Positions 39,301-51,300 of a DNA stretch of 64,000 nt are shown piece after piece (the first letter of the stretch is position 1; every line of letters starts with the position of its first letter). Both the position numbers and the translations under genes were made by a program. The notes beneath the pieces were generated by a model. That model was not told the origin of the DNA. It made no database searches and saw nothing but the letters and a program-made list of their open reading frames with translations. This stretch comes from Antedon mediterranea (Eukaryota > Animalia > Echinodermata): assembly GCF_964355755.1 (NCBI RefSeq), contig NC_092671.1, positions 10,974,001 to 11,038,000 on the forward strand, given 5' to 3'.

Positions 39301-42300
39301 AATAATATTCTACCTTACTGTAAACGATGCAAACAACCTAAAGCGTTTCTGGAGTATGTATGTTAACAAAGAAATAGTAAGATATTTAGCAGAATTATTG
39401 AAGTATGATGGGAATGATTTGAAAACTTTTATAGACGAGGATGAATACCTACGTGTTCTTCAAGAAATAGATGCAAAAGAAGGTAAGTTTTCGTCCTTAT
39501 AAAACTTTTTGAATTAAAACTTTACCAGCGTTCAACGTACATGTACAGGCTTCCATATAGGTATAAGTACTATATAAAGACAGTTTTTGTTTGACTTATT
39601 TCTTATTAAATAACATACCAAAGCTATAAAACATGCTTAATGAAAATGTGGTGTAGGATACAGTAAAATATGATTGATAAGTTTGATTTTAAAATTGACT
39701 GCCAGCCAATGGGTTTTTTGTTGAATTTAACCGGTTTTTTTTTTGTTTTTTTTATAAGTGAAAACATTATATTTTGTTCGTGTTTTTCTGCGGAACTTTA
39801 TTATAACTACAAAATGGCCTATTCATAATCCGATTTTATTAATCTTCTTTTTTTCTCGTTTTTGGAGGATAATAAAGTATAATAAATACATGATGATGAT
39901 TTGATAATATAATAATTTTTTCCTAATAATAACCATATATTATAATATAATTACCTTATTCTTTGAAGTTTAAATGTTAAATATGAAAATGACCATAATA
40001 ATGGTTAATTAGGACCAACAATTCTTCAATCTCAACTGGTGCATATGTGGCTGAAGGCCACCTGATGGGGGGTTGTCAATTGGATTACCCTCATAAAATA
40101 ACTGGCTATCCGTGGATTTACTTCTGGACATAATTGAGCGTTCACATCCAAATTATAGCGATATCATATGGATGATCCAGTTAAATTAACTAGTCATATG
40201 TGAACGCCACTGTTGAGATAATAAACTGTAATTTCAATCATAACAAGGCCATATACATGGCTGCAGTCGCGTGCGCGAATTTGAGTTAGTGTTTACCGAC
40301 CGACCGACATACTGAGCATAATGGAGTAGCGTGAACAAAAAATCTGACTTAAAAAATACTAATATTTATTTGGTAAAACAAAGCTTGCATATATATTCTT
40401 TGTAGAATGTGATGTATTTATAGTCACCAAAGATATTCGCTGGGAGAAACGAGTATACAGAAAACTTGAAGAAAGAGGTCACCAAGGCTACAAGATAGAA
40501 AAAACTCACTGCAAGTTTGTAATTGTTCAAGACCATAATGATGAAGAGCATACCAGATATGTAGTGAGAATATGCACAAGCAGTGGAAATGATTTGATAC
40601 CAGTGCCTATTCAAGATGGTGACCCGTTGCCGACGCTGCAGAAACAATGTGTACTTGGATGGTTGGGCGATGACGAGGATTCTCTTTGTGACAACATGCA
40701 AATTATAGTCAAAAATTTGAAAGAAATAGGTAATACAATTGCAACTTAAATTGACTTTGTGAAAGTCAGTACAACTGGTAATGAGAATACATACAATTAA
40801 AGAAACTTATTGAACTTTAAAGTAGAAAAACAATGTAATAATACACAGTTGTATTTTATTTCTGTAGTATAAGCGAAATTTATATCTGTGTGGTTTATAT
40901 ATTATAGAATTGTTGCTTTTTCAGAACCGACACCAATACCAGCACTAGTACCGACTCCAGCAAGAATGCCAATACTGGCACAGGAAGCGCCACCAGGTAT
41001 GTACTATAGATCAATGGATTATAATATGTTTTTAAAATAGCCAAAGAATGTTTAATTCGACCATTTTCTGCGTTTGTTCGCTTTGTTATCCGAGAGCTGT
41101 ATGTAATTAAAAAGTCAGATTTTGTTTACTTGATTCTCCTGTGTCATACATGAAATGCTTTTGTGCTCCTTCAAATATAAGTAATTATTATATATTTATA
41201 TAAAAAAAAAGAAAACATTGGTAAAAGCAAATGTAACCATTGTTATAAAAATCAAACAATTAAAAAATAAAAACAAAGTAATAAAGCAAAGTAACAAAAT
41301 ATTCATTAGGTAAGGTAAAAACCTATAGTTTGGAATGATTTTAAATATAAATCGACTGACGTTAAATAGGCCTGTGTAATAAATTACCCTTCCTTAATCT
41401 ATACAGTAACACAGTATATAATTATATAACATTCTAGAATAAGGATATTTTAAGAAACAATGTAACAAATAATATAAGAACAATCAGGAACATTCCAGAA
41501 GTTTACTATTTATAGAAACATAAACATTCCTATTTACTCTAATGAAGTATTTTTTTTTTAAATGACCTGAAGTATCAGTTTTAACCCATATTTTAAGGCA
41601 TTGTCATATCTCAGTAAAAAGTTGTCAAAGACAGTTGATTTTGTATCAAATTGTTCAGAATATATTTGTTACTATTTTATTTAATGAAATATTTCATCTA
41701 AAAATGACCGGAAGTACTCAGTTTTGCCTTTGACCTTTATGGTGCAATTGCCAACCTTGTTGAGGTTAATATTATAATATCCATAAAACTACTTGTCATA
41801 GAGAGTTAATTTAGGTGTCAAAATGTTCAGAACATAAACATTTCTATTTACTATAATAAAGGTTTCAAATAATGACTTACCATATTTGACCTTTGACCTG
41901 TTTTTTAAGGCAAATTGTCATATCTCATTATTGGGTTGGCGTGGAAAGTTCATTTTGGTGTCAGATTGTTCAGAATAATATATATGTTACTATTCTGTTT
42001 AATAGAAGATTTTTCAAAAAAATATCAGGAAGTACAGTTATTGACATGTTACATACAGAAAATTCTATTTTGAATTTGTTCAAGTTAACTGTATATTTAT
42101 ATTATTTTGTAATCCATTTGTCGAAGATGGCTACTTGCATGTGCAATTGCATGAAGTATACTGAATGAAGTTGAATATATTGTCCTATTTGTTGTGAATC
42201 TAGAGTAACGCAAATGAGAGAAAATTGTATTGACAACAAATACTAATCTCCTTCTCATCTAATCGAGTACTTAAAAGAAGTCTTCTACACATTCAGCAAT

Positions 42301-45300
42301 AATGTGTACTGATGAAATCCATTCAAGTTTTGTTTTGGAAAGTTAGTGTTTCCATCACTTGTGTTAGTTTGGTTGTTACATTCAGGGTAATTTTCTTACA
42401 TTGCATTGATTCGCTGAGTACCTGTCTTTAAAGGGCTTTCAAACTGGAGTATATCAACCTACTAATTAAAAGTATGGTCATTTTCGGGACGCACATATAA
42501 ATACTAGACTACTGTTGCCATATCACGAACCACAACTGAAGAATATATCTTTTTCTCCAGACCTAAGTAATCCTTGATCCACCAAACTTGGCAATTTTCA
42601 AAGATTTTTAAATTTCAACAAAATCGGCCATCATCTGGATGCGATTAGACAGTTTTGTTACTTATGACATTACGCCTTAGTATCATCTTTTTCATTGTTG
42701 CTTGATCAGTGAATGTTAAATTGTTGTTACATTTTCAAAGTATTGAATGATGAGCCCTTTCTCGTATCGAGTATTTGAAAAATAATGGCTTATTCAAAAT
42801 TTTTAGCAATCCTTGAACAATCTGAAGAAGTTTGAAAAAAGGCAATATATGAAAAAGAGGATACTAGAGCATAACATGTCATTAGTAACAAAACTGTTCC
42901 TATTCATCCAATCTCTTCTAGATGATTAATGTATATGGTCGATTTCTTCTTTTTTTTTAATTTGAAAATCAACAAACTGGACGGACCAATGATGACTTAG
43001 GTCTGGAGGACAGAAATCTTCAGTGCCTTTTCCACTTCAGTCGTTCGTACTATGACAACATTAGTATGTAATATTCCTCAGTTTGAAGGCCCTTTTCAAG
43101 AGGAGAGAAATGTAACTGAGCTAAAAATCAACTCTCTATGACCAGTAGTTTCAGAAATATGTAGTGTTTAAGCGAAAATGTCCACCAATTTAAATTATGC
43201 AAATTATGTGACCCAAGGGGTCTTTTTTCTTGGCGCCCATCAAAAATTGAATTTGTAGATGGTGGGCAACCTGTATACCAAATTTGGTGCTTTTGGAAGA
43301 AACTGAACCAAACACCCTTATTTCAGCCCTAACAGACTCCACTAGTAAATGAAACGCAAAATAAAATTACGTAAATGATTATTCATTCATTAAGGTTATT
43401 AAGAAATAATCAATAAAAACAGGTTATTACAAAGTGCGACAGCTCGATAATTACAAAGTGCGACAGGTTAGTACAAAGTGCGACAGCAGTTACAGGTTAT
43501 TACAAAGTGCAATAAGTTATTACAAAGTGCGACAGCTCGATAATTACAAAGTGCGACAGGTTAGAACAAAGTGCGACAGCAGTTACAGGTTATTACAAAG
43601 TGCAATAAGTTATTACAAAGTGCGACAGCTCGATAATTACAAAGTGCGACAGGTTAGTACAAAGTGCGACAGCAGTTACAGGTTATTACAAATAGACAGG
43701 TTCCATTTCTCAAAAAACGGCCTAGAAAACGAATCAAGAAGCATTTTTGGGTAGAAGCTGGGATCCACTTGATTTAGGATATTTCGACCTCGCTGATTAC
43801 GAATATGGCGGATCCCAAGCGAAATTCGGCCATCTAAGCCCTTAATTTGCATAATTAAAAATGGCGGCCATTTTTTATAATTAACCTATATCTCGAGAAC
43901 CACTAGTCACAGATAATTAATTTTGGTGTCAAAATGTTTTAAATATATGTTTTTATATTCACTTTAATGACACATTTTCTCAAAAAATGGATGCAAGTCT
44001 TATTTCTGACATTTTGACCTTTGACCTTGATTTTTCGTATCTCAGTAACCAATAATCGGAGAGACACGAAATAGGGCTCAAACTGTTCAGAAACTATACA
44101 TTCTTATTTATTATAATGAAATGTTTTTACAAAAAATGGCCGATGCTACAACTATTGACCTTTGAACTATTAGTCAAATATAATAATATAAAAATAATAT
44201 AACTTTGAAAATTGTGGTCTTATGAATTTTTTTTTTCTTTTTAAATTGTTTAAAACATGTGTGTTTCTATCCAGTCTAATGGCATATTTTGTACAAGAAT
44301 GGCCGATAGTATGGTTATTGACCTTTTAACTACAGCATAGGCCATTGTATACTAAATATAATATAATTTCATAACTATGAAATTATTTATACACAATAAT
44401 AATTAGTAAAATTATAAAATTCACTGCCATCAAATATGATGTGTTATGATTTATATAGATTAAAAAAACAAATTTGAATACACAAGTTACATTTGTTGAA
44501 ATTTGAAATTACCTGCCATCAATATGATGGAGTATGATTATAGATTTTCTAAAATGTGAACGTACATGTCAGCTACATTTGGAAATTACCTGCCATCAAT
44601 ATGATGGATTATGATTATAGATTTAAAAAAGAATTTGAACACGTAAGCTACATTTGAAAATTACCTGCCATCAATATGATGGATTATGATTATAGATTTA
44701 AAAAAGAATTTGAACACGTCAGCTACATTTGGAAATTACCTGCCATCAATATGATGGATTATGATTATAGATTTAAAAAATAATTTGAACACGTAAGCTA
44801 CATTTGAAAATTACCTGCCATCAATATGATGGATTATGATTGTATAGATTTAAAAGAAAATGTGAACACGTAAGCTACATTTGGAATGAACATGTTAAGG
44901 GCATCAGTTAAGATCATTCATGCAAAGGTTTCCGTCATCTTTAGCGTTGTTACAGCGGCATAAAGCTGTACATGGTAGTTTTGACTTCTTGCACCTACAT
45001 CTATTGGTTATGCATCGTGTCTTGCATCCACAATAAATCATCTCTAACGAAGCAGTAGGAATAGCTTCATTTTTCAGAAGCACTGGTTGAAGTTTACCAT
45101 TAGATAGCTCCCAACCAAAATATGTTGGTGATGGCAAGTGCTGGATTGGCGATACAGCTTTTTTCCATACGAGTGCTTGGAAGTGTGCTTTTTTTATATG
45201 TTGGTGCACGGCATCGCTTGTTGGAGGTAATGCCTCTGGTTTTTTTTGGTTAAAAGCCTAACTTCATTGGTACTTTTAACTTGACCAACACCGTAAACGT

Positions 45301-48300
45301 AGCAAATGAATCTTTCCGATTTCATAATAACTTGGTCACTGATAGGTTTTCTCCCAGGTCTTTAATTTGTTCATACTTTTTTTTTAATACTTCCCATGCC
45401 GATGCCTTTGAGTGATGACCACTTAGATATGAGCAGTGAAGATTTAAATTACTGTATGTATGTATTAATGTAATTTAACTCTTCCCTGGATATGAGTAGT
45501 ATCGCATCCACTAATAGTGTGGAATGGAATCAGTGCTTTTGTAGAACCCTCGGGCAAGGCTTGAAAAATGTCTTTTATAGATACTTTCTTTTTTTGGATG
45601 TCCCTGTCATCATCCATTTGGATACCATGCTTTGGTAGTGAGACACTAGAATCACTAGTACGTCTGTATCCCTAGAAGCAACTACAACTGTGTCGTATCG
45701 GACATTGGCAGCATGACAAGTCTCGTGTCCGATTCTTCATGGTCTGCGACCAGAGACAACGTATTCGTGTAGACTTTTGATGATTTAACAACTAATTCTT
45801 TCATAAATCCACCAGCTGTGACAATTTCTTTGTCTATAGGAGCTTGACGAATCAACTCCTCTGATAGAAATCGTGTCAGATCTGCATTATTATCTTGTAA
45901 TGCCAAAAAGTTTGACCAGCAATTTGGCAGCGGTATTTCACCACTTTCTATAATTCGACGAATTGGTCTCTGTGTTTTGGTTCATCTTTGTCTGGTGGTG
46001 TCCTTTATCGACAGTTTTAAGTTAGGCATGCCATGTTTAAAAAAAAACCAGAGCCATTACCTCCAACAAGCGATGCAGTGCACCAGCATATAAAAAGAGA
46101 ACACTTCCAAGCACTCGTATTGAAAAAAGCTGTATCGCCAATCCAGCATTTGCCATCACCAACAGATTTTGGGTGGGAGCTATCTAATGGTAAACTTCAA
46201 CCAGTGCTTCTGAAAAATGAAGCTATTCCTACTGCTTCGTTTTAGATGATTTATTGTGGATGCAAGACACGATGCATAACCATATAGATGTAGGTGCAAA
46301 AAGTCAAAACTACCATGTACAGCTTTATGCTACTGTAACAACGCTAAAGATGACGACGGAAACCTTAGCATGGAATGATCAAAACTGATGCCCTTAACAT
46401 GTTCATTCCAAATGTAGCTTAGGTGTTCACTTTTCTTTCAAACCTAGAGGCCTACAATCATAATCCATCATATTGATGGCAGGTAATTTCCAAATTTCCA
46501 AATGTAGCTGACGTGTTCAAATTGTTTTTTAATTCTATAATCATAATCAATCATATTGATGGCAGGTACTATACAATCATAACCCATCATATTGATGGCA
46601 TTTAATTTCCAAATTTCCAAATGTAGCTGACGTGTTCAAATTCTTTTTAAAATCTATAATCATAATCCATCATATTGATGGCAGGTAATTTTCAAATGTA
46701 GCTTATGTGTTCAATTTCTTTTTTAAATCTATAATCATAATCCATCATATTGATGGCAGGTAATTTCCAAATGTAGCTGACATGTTCACATTTAAAAAAA
46801 TCTATAATCATACTCCATTATATTGATGGCAGGTATTTTCAAATTTCAACAAATGTAACTTGCGTGTTCAATTTTTTTTTTTTTTATCTATATAAATCAT
46901 AACACATCATATTTGATGGCAGTGAATTTTATAATTTTACTAATTATTATTGTGTATAAATAATTTCATAGTTATGCAATTATATTATTTTCAGTATACA
47001 GTAGGCCTATGCTGTAGTTTAAAGGTCAATAACCATACTATCGGCCATTCTTGTACAAAATGTGCCATTAGACTGGATAGAAACACACATGTTTTAAACA
47101 ATTTAAAAAGAAAAAAAAATTCATAAGACCACAATTTTCAAAGTTATATTATTATTATATTATTATATTTGACTAATAGTTCAAAGGTCAATAGTTGTAG
47201 AATCGGCCATTTTTTGTAAAAACATTTCATTATAATAAATAAGAATGTATAGTTTCTGAACAATTTGAGCCCTATTTCGTGTCTCTCCGATTATTGGTTA
47301 CTGAGATACGATAAATCAAGGTCAAGGGTCAAAATGTCAGAAATAAGACTTGCATCCATTTTTTGAGAAAATGTGTCATTAAAGTGAATATAAAAATATA
47401 TATTTAAAACATTTTGACACCAAAATTAATTATCTGTGACTGGTGGTTCTCGAGATATAGGGTAATTATAAAAAATGGCCGCCATTTTTAATTATGCAAA
47501 TTAAGGGCTTAGATGGCCGAATTTCGCTTGGGATCCGCCATATTCGTAATCAGCGAGGTCGAAATATCCTAAATCAAGTGGATCCCAGCTTCTACCCAAA
47601 AATGCTTCTTACATCATATTTCAGAGGAAATAGAACTTGTCTAAAAGTGCAATAAGTTATTACAAAGTGCGACAGGTTATTACAAAGTGCGACAGGTCTG
47701 TACAAAGTGCGACAGGTCTGTACAAAGTGCGACAGCAGTTATTACAAAGTGTAACAGCTTTCGTTATTACAAAGTACGACAAGCAGTTATTACAAAGCGC
47801 GACAGCTCGATAATTACAAAGTGCGACAGCAGTTATTACAAAGTGCGACAGGTTATTACAAAGTGCAGCAGCACAAACGTTACCCTCTAGTAAAATATAA
47901 TTAGTCATAAACAAATATATGAACAACATAGTGTCTAAACAGATAACTATATGTGGTACTGTAATATGTAAATTATTTTGGTATCATGAATCATTAAAAA
48001 CTATTTTGAAGGGTCAAGAGGCAAATGCGGATAAGCTGCTAAATTCAGAAATTATATTGTAGCACAGTTTTCCTCGAGGAAAATATAATAAAAAATTTCG
48101 AATATAATAATTATGCCTTTTTGGCAGGCAATCACAGTACATCATTTCTAATTATTTCCTTTTCTTGAGAAACAGCATGAAGTATAAGAAATTAAATGAA
48201 GTTTTTCTGGACACCTGACAACTAGCTGGTATTATTTTTTTTTAAACAAATAAGACAACTATTTTGTTTTTTATTACAGCTTAATTCATGTTGTCAGATA

Positions 48301-51300
48301 CAGATAACTACAGAATATCTATTCGTTTTCTTAAAGTGTTTGAATCACGACGGAAGACAGCTGATGTGAATATTTACAGTATTCAGGCTGGTGAAAAAAC
48401 AGAACTGATGAAGAGTAAGTTTAACACAGATACACCCAAGGACAACAAACAAGAAACAACAACGAAAAAACACGTTTCAGATATTGAAGGTATGATTAGA
48501 GAGTTAATTTTAACAACTCTCATAATAGTAAGTTTGTACCCATGTTATTCAAAAGAATCAAAGCAAGAATAGTCTTTTATATTACTTTAGTACTGTGGTC
48601 TTAACTATGTTTGTACCCATAGACGTTGAACTGTCGTACGACTTGCTAGGACACTTCAATTGCAATTTAGCTGAACAGTTTTTCAAACAGAAGCGATATG
48701 ATAAAATGGAAGAAGTATTGGTTAAAGTGGACAGGCAGACGAAATCAGCATTTGGTAGAGGAAGATTCGCCACGATGATATCACAGGGGTGTAATGATTT
48801 TGCTGAGTTACATGACTGCATTAACCATATGATGACAGACGTCAAAGTTTTGCATGAACTGGCATGTGCGCAGTTCCTTTCACTTGCAGAGTCTCACAGA
48901 GAGATATTGAAAGAGATGGACATGGAAACAGGATGCACTATATTTAATGACTGTGCTAACCACTTACATGCAATATTCATGGAGAATTCGCCTCTTGAGT
49001 ACGGTTCACTTGAATGGAAAAATGTGATTTCCAAAACAGAAGAACTGGAAAGGTTTTTTTCATCTCTTCCAATTCCAGCAAGAAATGTCTCAAAATCATA
49101 CATTCTGTTAATGTTGCAATTTATTTGCCGTATGTGGCTGCTTCGAAATCGAATTATTCCAGAGGATCAATATGGTCTGCTTTTAGTCGCTGCATTCGCT
49201 CTTCCACTGTGTGAATCTGAGCTTGTGGCGTCAAAATATTTTTGCGCTGTAAAGCATCACATGTACATGCACGCTGCAATAACCATCGGGTGTAATATCT
49301 CTAATCTGCGGCTACCAGTGAAAGATTGGTATGATGAATTCACTAGGTTCACACAAAGATCTGAGCTACTCTACGACGACGGTCTCAAACTGCAGAAGAA
49401 TATTCGATCTGAGGATGATACTAGACAATTGACCATTAAAACTCGTACGTATGCCTCCTATAAATTATATTACGTTATATATTCCTTAATCCATGGTGTA
49501 TATTGGAAATAATAAATAATTCCGATAATACGTATTCACTGTAGTGAATGTTTTAAGTGTGAAATTATAACCACAACACATTTGTTTACTATAGTCAAGA
49601 GGGATTCATCTCATTTTATTAATATCAAAATAGCAGCCAAAGTTTGAAATAGTGAATGAATTGATACATGATTACATGATACGTACAGATATAAAACAAT
49701 CACTAGTATTGTAGTTTAATAGTGGGTGTATAGAAAACTCAGATCTAGAAAACTCAGATCTCCGATATATCTGAGTTTTCTAGATCTAGAAAACTCAGAT
49801 ATCTGACTTTTCTAGATCTAGCAAACTCAGATAGCAAGATCTGAGTTTTCTAGTTCCAAAATGGAACTAGAAAACTAGAAAATATTATTTAACGATCGTT
49901 AAATTAAATTAAGTGCTATTGCACGCCATGTGTGACCAACAATCGTTCAATCAAATGACAGGAATTTATAATATAATGTGTATACGGTAGAGGATATTTT
50001 TTGGGTTAGGTTTATCAGGGTAGCTGGCCAGTCGGTATTCACCGCACATATGTAATTTTTGCATAATCTAGTACTTACGTTTGTTCTTAATTCTATTTCA
50101 TTGCCTGCATGGTCATTTATTTTCTATGTTTTAATTACCTGTTTTTTCTCTAAAGTGGTTGACTTAAGACTGAAAACAATCCAAGATAAATACACACCAG
50201 AGAAGACAACAGACGAGCAACTGATAGAGGCAAATCTGAACGCTATTTTGAATCATTGGAATGACAGCTTTGACAAATTCAGTCAAGGAAACACAGAGGA
50301 TCTTTCGGAAGTTGTAGCTGCCACCAAGCGACTACTGATAAACTGGAATAAGATTAGAAGTAATCTGGAAGTCTGGAATAATCTGCGTGTAAAGAAAGTT
50401 AAGGATGACGCATACACAGGTCAATAGCAAAGTGCAATTTACCATTAACAAGGCCAACAGCCATTAAGTCGCGTGCTACAATGCATAGTGATACCGGACC
50501 GACAGACAGACCGACAGACAGACAGACCGACCGACCGACATAGTGAACTATACTGACCGAAATAAACATGTTTAAAAATGTTGAGATGTTTAAAAACATT
50601 TATATTTTTTAAATTTACACGTGCGTAGCCTGTCACTTTTGACGTGCTCGTATAACGTAATTTCGAGTTGAAAAGTAAGTCAAGAAAACAGAAATCGGGC
50701 AAAACGAGTGCGCAAAAACATTTAACGCGCAGTGCGCGCGCAAAAATATGCGCGCAATCATGGCAATTTTGTAAACGCTTAAAATTGCCTGAAATGTACA
50801 CTTATTTCATCGAAAATAAATTTTGAAAATTTTAAGCGCGCGTACGCATGCGTTACATGCGCTACGCACGTAATTGTATTGCCATATGATGATTACATGC
50901 GCTACGCACGTAATTGTATTGCCATATGATGATTTATGCCCTGAAATTTATGAGTACCAAATTTTATTTAATTGTGATTCATGGTTGTGAAGATATGATT
51001 ACAAACGTGATTTCGTTAAATCGTGCGTAGACCACGTAATTTTTTATTGCGCACCGTGAAAACATAACCACATTGATTCCTGGCCATAAGGAATATACTG
51101 TGAAAAATTGACCTAGCTAGATTAAACTGATATCAAGATAAGGTCAGAAAGCGATAAAACGCATAGTGATACCGGACCGACAGACCGACAGACCGACAGA
51201 CAGACCGACCAACCGACCGACATAGTGAACTATAGAGTCGCTTCCACGCGACTAAAAATGTCATGACAATAATACAAAATAGACAAATAAGGCCTGGGGA

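Noticed and set aside
44904-45209. Tesmin/CXC-domain host gene
   Set aside because: It is the C-terminus of a broken transposase inside TIRs and is mirrored in the other arm.
43420-47872. CRISPR-like appearance of the TTACAAAGTGCGACA arrays and the 59-bp minisatellites
   Set aside because: No unique spacers, no cas genes, eukaryotic context; these are tandem satellites. ORFs 43434-43754 and 47660-47929 are artefacts.
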